64,000 nucleotides of DNA from Callorhinchus milii (GCF_018977255.1 NW_024704742.1:96846001-96910000); one strand, 5' to 3'; positions 12,952 to 25,216 are shown, counted from the stretch's first letter. Numbers and translations are program-made. The notes: a model not told the origin generated them from the sequence alone.

Positions 12952-13803
12952 GGATTAATAGGATCTTTTTTCATAATCAATTGTTAGGTTAGAGTTGCTG
13001 CCAACTAAACTAATTTCCCTCTCTATATACAAGCAGTCATTAGACAATTAAAAAATCTTCTCTTAAAAGAGGTTGACTGCTTGTTTAAAAACGATTCCAA
13101 AGTAAACTTAAAGAAATGCTCTGGAGCAGGGGAGATCCCAGCTCGCTGGCTTTCTCGCGCATGAAAAAGACAAGAGGAAGGAGCGATATGACGGGTTGTC
13201 AATGAGTCTAATTGAAAATGAAGCAAGATGCATGAAGTATTTCATACATTTCAAAATAAAAATATAAACTCTCATGTTTAAACTGCAGTAAATATCACCC
13301 TTTCCTTGTTTTTATTGAGCACTCATGATCACCACCTAGAAGTTGGAGACCTGCTCTAGAGGTTACAAATTAAATTTATACTTGTTCCCCAACACCCATA
13401 GGATTTATTCTTTTCAATGAAAATTTCACTTGCTGTATTCCACTATAGAGGATAATTATTATGTCTACTGCCCTGCGCCAATCTCAGCAGAGTTAATAAA
13501 CTCAAAATACCATGACATCAATCTGCCATTTTACATGTTAGCTTGGCAAGTCCGAACCAATTTTAGTAGGCCTAACAGATAAGATATACTGTAGTTATCT
13601 TCAACAGTGAAAGAAAATAAAAAATAATCTGAGAACTAGTGGTTTTGATTCAGTATAAATAAACTGTGCACATATATAACAAAGGAATAAAGTTTTCTGC
13701 ATATCAAAACAATTTTAATTTAAAATGTTTGGAACGGAGTTTGGATGGCATAAATTTATGATTAAAATACAACAACTATTGTAATTTACTGTCGCATCAT
13801 TAC

Positions 13804-13846
13804 CTGCATTTCCTTTTGGTGCAGTGGCATGTCTGGAGAAAAGCCC
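13804..13846 (-). CDS. CEP78: CEP78 coding exon 10 (43 nt)
   Basis: GFSPDMPLHQKEMQ. AAAG acceptor, CAG|GTAATG donor; restores phase 2 to 0 between exons 9 and 11. Confidence 0.75.
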
Positions 13847-14714
13847 CTTTTAAAATGGAAAAATAAATTCTTTAAGAATTATTATATGCAAAACTGAAAC
13901 CATAGCAACCTTTGTTGACATAAATGTTCTTATTTTATAGCGTGTAAGCATTGAACTCTTTCCAGTTCCTTATCCAAGTGGCTATTTTCAAGTATAAATC
14001 TTAAGTGTACTTATGCATCTTATTCAAGCATCAGTGCCCCTAATAGTGAGTTTCCACTTATTGAAGCTATATCATATGGAAACAAATGGTTTTGTTCAAT
14101 GATACACTTACATAATTAACATAAATCAGAAATCAGGAATGGGAAAACCAGCCAATCTCTCTCCAATACAGCAATGCTGAGGACAAATGTAATGTTAACT
14201 CAGGCATAGGATTTGAACTTTCAATCTTTCTCTGTACGGCTTAGGGTTACACCTGATAGCGCCTTTATCCACTAGATCATCAATGGTGGCACAACAAATT
14301 TGAAGAGTAATTATGCCAGCAGCAACATTTATATAGTGCCCTTCATGCAGGAACACGGCAGTGGAAGAGTGGAAAGGGGAACAAATGCCCGGTCAAAGTC
14401 TCAGGCTTTAATTGGGATTTGAGGATAGAGAGGGGATAAGGCAGAGGGATTGAGGCAGGGTTTTCCAGAGATGAAGGGTGTAATGTCTGAAGGCACACCC
14501 ATCGATTGTGGCCCAAAGAAGTCAGGCTACACAAAGCAGGCTTGTGTTAGTTGAATAAAGGAAGCAAGCAGTCAAATGGGGTTAGGAACAGATTAGGGAG
14601 GTAGGGAGGTGCAAGGGCATGACCGCAGTTATCACTGCAACACTCCTACAAGATTATCCTATACAATTCTAAAGGGAATGGTTTCTTATCAACTAATCCT
14701 AAAATTTTCAACTA

Positions 14715-15561
14715 CAACAAGATTCCATTCATAGAGCGCCTTTCACGTCGGGAGGACGTCCCAAGGCGCTGGACAGTTGGGTCAGGACCCGAGCAAGGGG
14801 GGAAATGGTCAGGGTGAGGGGAGGGAAGGGAGGGAGCGAAGAGGGGGTAGAGAGTCGAGAGGGGAGCTGAAGGCTCGGTCAAAGAGAAAGGTCTTGAGAC
14901 CGGCCGTGATGGAGGAAAGGGAGGAAGCAAGGTGAAGGCACTGGGGGATGGAGTTCCAGAGCCTTGGGGCTGAGAGGCTGAAGGCCCGGCCACCGATGGT
15001 AGGGCGGTTGGGGCGGGGGATGTGGAGCAGACCAGAGCCAGAGGAACGGAGGGTACGGGCAGGTAGGTAGGGGGATAGTAGGTCGGAGAGGTAGGAGGGA
15101 GCAAGGCCGTGAATGGCCTTGTAGGTGAGGATGAGGATCCTGATCCTCTGGGGGATGGGGAGCCAGTGGAGGTGAGCGAGGGTGGGAGTGATGTGGTCGC
15201 GAAGCCTGGTGCGGGACAGTACACGAGCTGCAGAGTTCTGAATGACCTGCAGCTTGTGGAGGGAGGTGCCGGGAAGGCCGGCGAGGAGAGAGTTCCCATA
15301 GTCCAGCCTTGAGGTGATAAAGGCGTGGACCAGAGTTTCAGCAGCGTGAGGGGTGAGGTAGTGCCGTAGTCTGGCGATGTTCCGGAGGTGATGGAAGGCG
15401 GTGCCAGTTGTGGTGCGGATATGAGGAAGAAAGGACAGCTCAGGGTCGAACAGAACGCCGAGGTTCCTGACTGGCTTTGAGAGGTGGAGAGTGCAGCCTT
15501 GGATGCTGATGCTGTCAGTGCCTGAGGTGCGGAGACGCTGACGCGAGCCAATCAGGAGGGC
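14715..15561 (-). mobile_element. Young 5'-truncated L2 LINE
   Basis: Near-identical to the 3' part of the 50816-52654 copy. (TTG)n tail; CAACTA duplicated at 14709-14714 and 15567-15572. Confidence 0.95.
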
Positions 15562-15704
15562 TGATACAACTAGAGTTGTATGGTTTGATATAGCAGCACA
15601 GATGACTTAAAATAAAACAAATGAATCTCACAAAGATTTGCATTTTATAAAAGTAAAGNTTTTTATAAGAGAGAACAAATGAACCAAACAGGCNAAAAAA
15701 ATAC

Positions 15705-15834
15705 CTGAATCTATGAGCACGTGCAGCAGTACGCCATGGCACATATCCTTCTGCACCTGGAGGCAGTGGTTCAGGGATAGCATCTGGATGAACATGAGAA
15801 CTCTTCCTTCTATCAGCTGTAAGTTTTCTTGCAC
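15705..15834 (-). CDS. CEP78: CEP78 coding exon 9 (130 nt)
   Basis: GARKLTADRRKSSHVHPDAIPEPLPPGAEGYVPWRTAARAHRFR, with the conserved PLPPG..G..PWRTA.RA. TGTAG acceptor, GTATT donor. Confidence 0.93.
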
Positions 15835-16807
15835 CTACATAACAAATATTTAAAATGACCTATTTTTCTGAATAGTAAAATAGCTGATGAAACAGCAAGA
15901 CCATAGAAAATATTTAATTTCCACCATGTTGAGTGTTTTCCCCCAAAATAGCATTTTATTCATTTTCTGTATTAAAATGCTCATGCCGTGAACAATATGC
16001 CTGGAAGGGAGGACAAAAGGGCTTGTCACAAAAGAGTTCTGGGTGGTGAAGGACAATTTAAGAAAAAATACTTGGAGCCTCCTATTCAAACAGTTGAGAG
16101 TTCCAGTAACAAGATTGCTTATCACTTAAACCAACCTGCCACTATTCTAAGGTAGCACATTTCATCAGTATTCAGCAGAATTACCAGAAAATATGTATTT
16201 TGTCTTATGGTGGAGAACAACTTCATATATCTGAAAACCCAACTTTACTTCTGATATAAATTGGTCCACAACATTAGATTTATTATTGTTGAATTCAGTG
16301 TCAACAGTAAATAATGTAACTGCATTTAACTATTACCACAGATTGTTTTCTTACCACTGTGCTTCCATATAACTGCAGCAATGAAGGAAGCAAGCAATTA
16401 GTTTTGGCAATATAAATTAGAAGGTAAAATATCAATAATTTACAACTACCAATATGCAATAAACAAGAATAATAGTCATTATTCAATCATCAGACAACAA
16501 GCAACCCAACATGCAAACTGGTAACATACAGAAATTATGACTTTCTACAGTTCAAAAGCCCCAGTTCATGGAACTTTTAAGAGGCAATCATTTTTTGTCA
16601 GCCCAGAATATTTGAAACATAAAAAACATTAAATAAATGTATGACAAATTAGAAACAATTATACAATTTCTTCTTAAATATAATTTTTTTTTGAAAATAA
16701 ATAAGGGACAGTGCATTAAGTTTATGAAAAAAGATTTTAAGATGTAATATGGAAGCATGAAAAATCATCAAATATAAAAAGATAGCAGCATTAACCTAAA
16801 ATTTTAC

Positions 16808-16916
16808 CAATACGGATTGTAGCTTTTCCTTTCAAGTTATGCCCCAGCAATATTGCTTTTCTTCGTGACTTTTGTTTAGCAGGGTTTCTGGAAGATATCG
16901 GTGATAACCACTTGTA
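16808..16916 (-). CDS. CEP78: CEP78 coding exon 8 (109 nt)
   Basis: YKWLSPISSRNPAKQKSRRKAILLGHNLKGKATIRI, with the conserved KGKATIRIG. ACAG acceptor, GTAAAA donor. Confidence 0.93.
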
Positions 16917-16934
16917 CTGTAATGGAGGAAGAAT

Positions 16935-17200
16935 AAAGCCTATTCAATCTGATCCTTCCAGAATTCCCACACAACCATCCTCCCATCAAGCAAATGCACT
17001 TCAGCGGTCCTGGCATCAACCTTCCTTTTTGTTAACCTATCCCAATCAATAATTATCTTCTGAGTAAATAAATACTTCCTGGTCTCTGTACTGATATTTC
17101 CTTTGCAGCCTTTAACATGTGTTCCATTATTCTGCTGTCTCGATGCATCCAAAAATATTGTTCCACGTTTATTTTCTCAATTCCACTCAAAATATTATAA
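16935..17200 (-). mobile_element. Old CR1 LINE 3' fragment
   Basis: RKYLFTQKIIIDWDRL resembles the CR1 ORF2 C-terminal motif RxxFFTxRVVxxWNxL. Confidence 0.55.
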
Positions 17201-17288
17201 TATATCATCCTCTGTATTGGCGCAACTTCATCCAGTTTTAAGAAATGGAAGATAGATTAATTAAGTAACCGCATTGCAAAGATCTTAC

Positions 17289-17353
17289 CTCAGAATTCAC
17301 TTCCTTTGTTTTCACCAATATTTTTTCAATAATGGATTTTGCTAAAACAGGAT
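17289..17353 (-). CDS. CEP78: CEP78 coding exon 7 (65 nt)
   Basis: DPVLAKSIIEKILVKTKEVNSE. CTAG acceptor, GTAAGA donor; phase fits both neighbours. Confidence 0.88.
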
Positions 17354-18564
17354 CTAGAGGCGAGTTAAAAACATTTAATTACAGGAATAATGAATGTAAT
17401 TCAACTTCAAATCACATCGTTTTTGAACACAGTATCACAGTGAAATCAAAATTCATCTTCCCATAATATGACGTATTAAATGACTAATGACAACTGTGCT
17501 GTATAAAAAGCACAGATAAGCAAATAAATTATCTCCACAGGGTTTTGATACTAATCCTTACATTTGGTATAACGACTTTCATGTCGCGAAAATGTCCAAA
17601 GCTTCACAGGATATACTGTAAAGTGTAGTGACTGTGTGTTTTGTGGGCAAATGCATGTTTAGATAATGTTTCGTCCAGCGCCTTGGGTCATCCTCCCGAC
17701 GTGAAAGGCGCTATACACATGTAATTTTATTGTTGAATGTGGCTGAAATTACACTCCCGTAGCTAACAATAATGATACCAATTAAATTAGTTTGGGAAAA
17801 GAATAGTTTCTAACAACCATAGATCCATAGTTCAGAATTAAACTGTATATGATGGTGCCATATGTGGAAAATAAAAATGTACCACTGTTGCAGTAGTCAC
17901 ATGTTTTCCGGGGTTTGGGATAAAGTGAATAGATGGAGAAACGGAATCTCAGCATCAATGAAGAGCACTGTGTATGCCCTTCCACTTTCCTGAAGTCCAA
18001 TTCCCAAACCCAGGACCATTTGTAAGTTGAAGTATAAAAACACTGGCTCTCAATCTGAAAAAGTATCCCCAAAGTTAAAATCCAACTGCTTTGTTCATTA
18101 GTATCTTATGTACTTAGTAATAATGCCTTGAAGTTAATTTAAATCAAATTATTATACAACTCATACATCAAAACAAATGAATAAAATCCCATGGATGGCT
18201 ATTAGACTACGTGGTCGCAGAGAGTAAACACAATTTTGCACACTAAGTGAAAATCGAACATCTTAAATTCAATTATAAAACATGCTACCAGACGTTGACT
18301 ACAGTGCAATTACAAAACATCTTAGATATATGAGGTGTTGGTAAAAGGAAACAGTACACACATACTGATCATTTTACCTTTAAGATTAATAGATATTTTG
18401 TTCTCTTCACCATGTTGTCTTTTGTTTGACTATCAGCAAATATATCAAACACTAGCAAACATCCAAAACATTTTAAAAAATTAATCATTAATCACACAGC
18501 TGAGAATAGTTACGCATGAATACCCACAAGGCACGAGTAATTTTATTTCTGGTACCAAACTCAC

Positions 18565-18678
18565 CAATCAGTGGGTTTTTTCTAACATCCAGAATGACAA
18601 GCGCCGCATTGGATTGCAAAGCATCTAGCAAAGCTTTGGCTCCTTTATCAGAAATTCCACACTGCTGCAAATCAAGCG
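18565..18678 (-). CDS. CEP78: CEP78 coding exon 6 (114 nt)
   Basis: ALDLQQCGISDKGAKALLDALQSNAALVILDVRKNPLI. TTTCAG acceptor, GTGAGT donor. Confidence 0.96.
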
Positions 18679-20081
18679 CTGAAACAAATAACAGACATTT
18701 ACTTTACAAAACGTATTTCATGTCAAAACATTTAGCAGCAAAAAGCACTTTAATTGTTCCAACATCATTCATCAGCATTTGCCTCTGAAGCCAAACTAAT
18801 CTAGACAGATAATCATAAATTTATATGCAAATCTTCACAACAGTCCTTCACAATAAACTTCTTTGAATTGTATTTTACAACAAAATTACTTCTGATCCTA
18901 ATCAATTATATTTGATAGAAAAATGTAGAAAAGGCAAGGGGGTGGTGGTAGGAAGATGACCAAAGGCACGGTCATGGTGGTGGGAAAATTACCAAAGCTC
19001 TTGAGGTGGGTCTTGAAGGAGACAAGTGAGGGGGCAAGGCGGAGGGGCTCCAGAAAGGCTAAAGGCCCGACCTCCAATGGACGAGCAGGCAGGGCGGAGG
19101 GCATAAAGCAACTTGGAACGAGTACTTCTTAGTTGTATGTATTTAAAATAATCCACCCATTTAATTTAGCACATTATCCAGTCATTAAATTCTCAAAGCA
19201 CGTCACAGGATTTTACTGTAAAAAGTGTATTGACTATGTATTTTTTGGTGATTATGGGAAATAATTTATGCACAGCAATCCCACAAACAGCCTTGATGTG
19301 AATCATCAATGATATCTGTGGGATTTTTGGCCAGGAAAAACTAGGAAAAAAACTCCTTTCTCCTTCTGTATAACAATGAATCAGGTCCCAAATTTATTTT
19401 GGTCATAGTGTTAAAATGTTAAAAGTGTAGAATTTGGGAGAATTCTTAACTTCAGACTTTGGAAGTCATACTTCTTCAATTCTTTGCCTGGGTCTAAAAT
19501 TCCTCAATATATAGCAACATTGAGAAAATTTGGGTCTTGGCTCACTCTATGTGGATCACCACTCTCCATTAAACATTGGGTCATGATCTGGGCCAATAGA
19601 AAAGTGTGGAAATATTTACCCCAGATTGTGGGGAGATTTGTCGATTTTGCAGGAAACTGCAGACAAATTTTGCAGGGAATGGTGAGGAGTTGAATGATGC
19701 TATTGAGGTATATTTTACTGCCAACCTACATTTTTTCACTTTATTGATAACAACTAAACATGAGGAAATAACCCATATTAGACTGAGATCATAACAATGG
19801 AACAATAGATTCAAATCTGTTATTTTACTCGGGGTTTAGACTAACAATAATACTCGCATTAGATATCGAGCCTTTTCATGTCATCAAGAAGTCTCAAAGC
19901 ACTTAATGTTTTACTGTGAGGTGTAGTGACAGTGTACTTGTTGGCAAACAAATCAATGCAGTAAGAATCATTGCAACATGCACAACAAATCATTTACACT
20001 ATAAAAAAGATATTATAATAGGACCATTCCTATGTAGCAAACCTAACATTAAACAGATAAATGACTTTCAGTATAACGTAC

Positions 20082-20256
20082 CTTTCAGCCACAGGTCATC
20101 ATTAAGGGCATCTGCAAAAGCAATAGCTCCATCATCACCAATCAATGCATTACAACTTACGGTAATGCGACGCAAGCCAGTCATACAATCAAGATCAGGA
20201 TGCCTATAACGAAGGCTCTCTGCCCAGACCTCACCATGCCTTTTTGTTGTTTGGTA
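20082..20256 (-). CDS. CEP78: CEP78 coding exon 5 (175 nt)
   Basis: [58 protein letters not shown], containing the CEP78 [22 protein letters not shown] motif. ACAG acceptor, GTACGT donor. Confidence 0.97.
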
Positions 20257-20761
20257 CTGTATAGAACAAAACATTTATGCATAAAAATGATTCAGGAATT
20301 TATTGTAGAAAATTTATGTCAAATTAATTGGATGCCCATCCAGCAAGTGCTTTGAGATGTTCTCCAGTGGATTGAGTCCAAATCTTTCTCAGGCTCAAAT
20401 CCCTTCCCAGCCCTGCCACACCCTACATCTGTGATCTCCTTCAACTGACCTGGCCGCTCCCTTTGCTCAGCATCCACTGGTCCCTGATTCACGACCCCAG
20501 CCCTATCTGTCCCAACTGTATAAAAGTGTGGCAGGGTCAGAGTGTCACCTAAATGGGTGTTTAACACATCTGAACCAAAGCTTACCTTTCTCTTTTTGAG
20601 AAAGATAAGCTGGTAGGCTTTTAGTCAATCTGCCACAACTGATTAAACAGAACTCCTAATTTGATATATAGCTTTTTGATATTCAAGATATTGAAACAGT
20701 ATATGTGTTTTTTTTAAAAAAACAGATAATATAAGTGAGAAAGACCAATAACAAAACCTGC

Positions 20762-20865
20762 CTTGATTATGTTGGCCATGTGTTCTGCTCCACGCCATGT
20801 TAAATTACAGCCTGTGAAGTTTACAGTTTTGATTGTTGCAGAATTCTTCACACTTTGACAGATGA
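20762..20865 (-). CDS. CEP78: CEP78 coding exon 4 (104 nt; GC donor)
   Basis: [35 protein letters not shown]. Frame is kept only with the AAG|GCAGGT donor. Confidence 0.9.
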
Positions 20866-20973
20866 CTAATAAAAAAAGTAATTTGATTAGTAATCTTATT
20901 TTACATCATTGTATTACATAATAGTACTACATTATGTAATAACTTATTTAATAAGAGACATAGTGGAACTCAC

Positions 20974-21046
20974 TTTCCAGTCCTTCATCTCCTATTGGAC
21001 AGTATGCTAACAAAAGATTATCCAATGATTTTGAATTGGATAAACC
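20974..21046 (-). CDS. CEP78: CEP78 coding exon 3 (73 nt)
   Basis: GLSNSKSLDNLLLAYCPIGDEGLE. TTTAG acceptor, GTGAGT donor. Confidence 0.93.
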
Positions 21047-21446
21047 CTAAAATGAAATGCACAAAATTAATTAGAATTAATAAGGGATAAAAGTACACAG
21101 AGAAATTATACCAAGTTCTACATTAATATGCCAGGAGATTAAAAAAAAACTTTAATGTCAGAAACATGTCTGTTCAAAAATATATTTTCTTTCCTCCCTT
21201 TCCTTTACTAAGACATCAGACTGAAGGAACTGTTTCTCAAGCCATGTCAATGCCACTCCAATTGCTTGCTGTGAAGTCAGGAAAAAATAATCTGAAGCGA
21301 CTGATCCTCTAAATTCTCCCTGAACACAAAAGTTTATATATTTTTTAAAGTCTAAGTAATTTTGAGGCTGTAATCTTATTGTGGGCGTTAGATGACTGTT
21401 TTAAACAACCTTGAGCTTTAACTTGTAGTTTATGACATTATCTAGG

Positions 21447-21625
21447 CATCAGTCAGTAGCAGTCTTGCTTCTGAGTCAGAAGGTTGCGACTTCAAGCCAC
21501 AAGTCCAGGCTGACACTCAAGTGCAATATTGGGGAGCATTGCATTGCCAATGTCGTCTGCCTGTTCAGGTGGCATTGAGACTTTCGATAATGTGACCAGG
21601 CACTATATCTAATGCAAAGGTTAAT
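21447..21625 (+). mobile_element. Deu-domain SINE fragment
   Basis: ctgagtcagaaggttgcgacttcaagcc...ggctgacactc...ctgcctgttcaggtgg. Confidence 0.6.
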
Positions 21626-22411
21626 TATTAGAATTATCTATACCCCTCAATGATATTATCCTTATGAATAGAAACATATTTGAAGAGAGAAGTAGCATAT
21701 ACATCAAGTTAAAATCTATTACAAGTCCATATTTGATGGAATTCCCTTTCTAGCAAACTGCATTTGATAGCTTTTTTCACTCTAACAAAACAATCCCAGA
21801 AAATAGTGCTAACAGATGAACTTACTACTCGTATTCTTAAGATTGCTGCAAAGATACACAGGCAATTAATTTTACTAATATTAGTTTTCAGATTGAAATA
21901 TAGGAATAAACAATGCAACTTTCAATGTTCAACTTTCACCAGTTATAATTGATGGAAGTTGAACGTTTTTACTGCTTCTGGCAATGTTCTGAACTTGGTG
22001 CCTCACAGATCACACCCTATTTCACATCTGGTTTAACTCAACTCAACTTGTTTAACAGGTATTTCACAATCTGATTGTGAAATGCTACAAAATACAGTCA
22101 AAACACTTTGTAGTAAATACTTTCAATCGCTTTGAGACACTGACGACGACGTGATAAGGCTCTATATCAAATGCAAAGATTGGTATTATTTTTATCAGAG
22201 AGCTGTCTCAATGATCGTTACAAGCAGCTTTGGACCTAAACACTTACATGGAATCAGGCAGGGAGTGGGGCTGGGGTTCATCGGCTACCAGTTATTAGCT
22301 GGGACATGACCAGAAGCAGAAAGTCTCACGATATCATCATTTTCACAGATGTAAATAATATTACTGATTTTCATGGAGATGCAACCTTCCACCTGATGCT
22401 TTTTTTCTCAC

Positions 22412-22587
22412 CTTTGATAATACCATAAGGTCTCTGTGCCTCAATGGCAATCCCTGCAGCTCAAGCGTTTTCAAACTCCTGGAAACACTCAGGCAATCTC
22501 TAACTGACTTACAGAGTCTGAATGTCAAATCTTTCGACCGAATAGCTGATATCCGTTTTCTGAAATATTGTCGATGTCGTTCATAAC
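22412..22587 (-). CDS. CEP78: CEP78 coding exon 2 (176 nt, LRR region)
   Basis: GYERHRQYFRKRISAIRSKDLTFRLCKSVRDCLSVSRSLKTLELQGLPLRHRDLMVLSK. AG and GTGAG boundaries; phase consistent with neighbours. Confidence 0.93.
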
Positions 22588-23992
22588 CTTTTTCAAACAG
22601 AAAAGAAACACGTGTACCTTAACATGCAATTTTCAAACATTCTCAAAAAGCTGTCCCTTTAGTTCAGATGCATTAAATACCTGTTCAGGTGACACTCTGA
22701 CCCTGTCACACTTTTGTACAGCTGGTACTGGTAGACAAAAATGGTGGGAAATATTCTCCCTTACCCTTAACATCCCTTACCCATCAAACAATGGTTTCAC
22801 CACTTGGAGATGCAGACCTTAACCAGCAGTTGTTTACTTACCAATTAAGGCAGATACCAAGCTCAGGATATAGAAACAAAGGTTCATGAAGCCAGATGCC
22901 AGGCAATGCCTTCCAACAGCTGTTGCTTCAAGCCCAGAGTTTCCTCATTAGCTATTCAACGAACATTCAACGGACATCTGCCTTCAGCGTAGTAGAAGGA
23001 CCTTTACAGGATAGCTTATGACACAGCCTCAAAGGATAATCCCATTATAATGTGCCTTGCTATTGTACATCCAATTCTAGCACAGGCAGAGTGATTATCA
23101 GCTTTCTTGTAATACAAAAACAAGTAGAACTTATATAGTGCCCTCCACGCAGGGTAGAATCTCAGAGCACTAACAGCACTAATAGCAGCATACAGGAACT
23201 TATATCAATGGTTGCTTTTTTGCAGAAAGTGATTTCAGTGGTGACTATTTTCAAGGGAATTCATGTCAGTGATAGTCTTTTTTTATATAAAATGGGAACA
23301 CAGCCTACCTTGCTTATCTGGCCACAAAGACTAAATTAGTCTACTTTGGTTTGATGCATACAAACAAGATAGAAACAACCTATAGGAGTTATGTGTGCTG
23401 AATTGCTGTAACCTGTACAGTAGAACTCAAAAGAGTATGCTTAGATGAAGCTAGCTAGTAAAGTGATGTTGAATAACAATTTCATAACCATAAACATTAT
23501 GCTTTTGTATTTGAAAATACAACTCGATTTTATCACTAAACCTCTTTCATTAGTCTCTGTACTTCCAGTGTGCTTGTACAATCAAAATAAAAACTATCCT
23601 CAAAAGCATCCCGATACTACAACCATACTCTTGGGTGGAAAATTCCTTTCACAATCAATCACTTTGAGTACCTTTACTCACTTTAGATTTTTTTCCTCAC
23701 AGTCAAAATCAAAAATCTGATCTGCAATAATTAAATCCTTTGTCAATGTACCTTTTTAGCTACATATTGCTGAAATAATTTTTCTTTAACCAAAGTCTTA
23801 AATAAATTAGAGACATGTTAAGGATTTTTATACTAGTTGTGGAGGAGCAAGAATATCAAGAGGAGCAAAGAAAATACAGTATTTATTTGTGCTGACTTTT
23901 AACATTCCACCCAATTTATGCAATTCAATGGTTCCCCATTATATTTGCTAATGCAGCAAAATAGGTTTTAATCACTTGCTGCTTTTAATCTG

Positions 23993-24420
23993 CATCAGCC
24001 TAGCTCAGTTGGTAGCATTCTCACCTCTGAATCAGAAGGTTGTGGATTCAAAGCCCCAGGTTGGGACTATGAACTTAAAGTCCAAGCTGACACTCCAATT
24101 TTATAGAGCAAAAATTGAACTGACCTGTCCTTCACATGAAATGTTAATCAAAGGTACCAAGTGCCTGCTCAGATGAATGTTAAAGATCCCATGGGACAAC
24201 TTGAGAGAGAAGGGAGGTTCTCCTGATATTGGGACCAACAACTGTCCAGATAAAATTTGTCATTCACTTCAGGGCTGTTTGTGGGACATTGGTGCGCGCA
24301 CGTTGGTTGCCGCGTTCACAAACAAAAAGGATCGCCAACCGGTCGATCGCCACTGGGTGGCGCTGTCATGTATCATCAAAAAGACAAAAGGAGTGATGGA
24401 ATTGTATCGTTATTGAATCA
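23993..24420 (+). mobile_element. Deu-domain SINE
   Basis: tagctcagttggtagc A box, gattcaaagccc B box, core gttaaagatcccatgg and tttgtgggacattgg. Confidence 0.75.
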
Positions 24421-24963
24421 AATTGAAAACGAAATGTTTCATCCATCTGCAAAAAATACAACTTTAACGTTAAAACTGTGGTAAATATTGCTCCTTCCTC
24501 TTGCTTTTATTGAGCATGTGCAAGATAGCACCTAACAGCGATCGACCAGTTGGAGACCCCTGACCTACAAATAGAGTCAATATTACTTCACAGTAACTCC
24601 TGTGAAGCACTTCTTGACAATATAAGACACAATATTAACTGCAAGGATTATAACTCCCAGTGTTTTAGTTTACAAGTAATATAAACATGATTTTTTTTAG
24701 AAATCTTTCTAAACAGGTATCGAAATGTGCCAACATTATCAATTGACATTATTTGACCTGCCAGCCTCTGAACTACTAAGTCAGCTACATAATTTAACTC
24801 AACTGACTGAAATATAGTGATGAGTTGATAGGAATTTGCTTTCAAAAACAGCAGCACAAGGCTTCAAAGCAAACCAGAGGAAGGGGGGCTAGATGTAAAT
24901 AGTACACTGTACATTCTAAACAAATAGTGTGAAATAAAGTTTTAAAATTGTCTGGTATCTTAC

Positions 24964-25216
24964 CCATTTCTCCAACACTTGGCTGATGATAACTTCTAAC
25001 AGCAAGGAAGGATAGATGGTTGTTAATACTGATTGTGCTGAGAATAGGTTCCCAGTCAGAAAGCTTGATGCGATCACCATTAATGTCCAAAGCACCTTGA
25101 CTTAAATTTGCTTTTACTGCTTGCAATGGCACCGTGTCCTGAAGAGCACACAGGTACTCATAATGTGATTTAAAATTCAACGCCCCTCCACGACGTAACT
25201 TGATTGTTTCAATCAT
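24964..25216 (-). CDS. CEP78: CEP78 coding exon 1 (start codon; 253 nt)
   Basis: MIETIKLRRGGALNFKSHYEYLCALQDTVPL... resembles the vertebrate CEP78 N-terminus (MIDSVKLRR...SHYEYLCALQ). Donor G|GTAAGA at 24963. Acceptor AG at 25230-25229 with a pyrimidine tract just upstream of the ATG. Confidence 0.95.

Noticed and set aside
15659..15694. Two ambiguous N bases near CEP78 exon 9
   Set aside because: Both are intronic and do not affect the exon or the GT donor.
20540..20555. SP6 promoter-like ATTTAGGTGACACT on the minus strand (vector contamination?)
   Set aside because: It diverges before TATAG, has no flanking vector sequence, and belongs to the 70-bp element with a diverged second copy at 22.7 kb.
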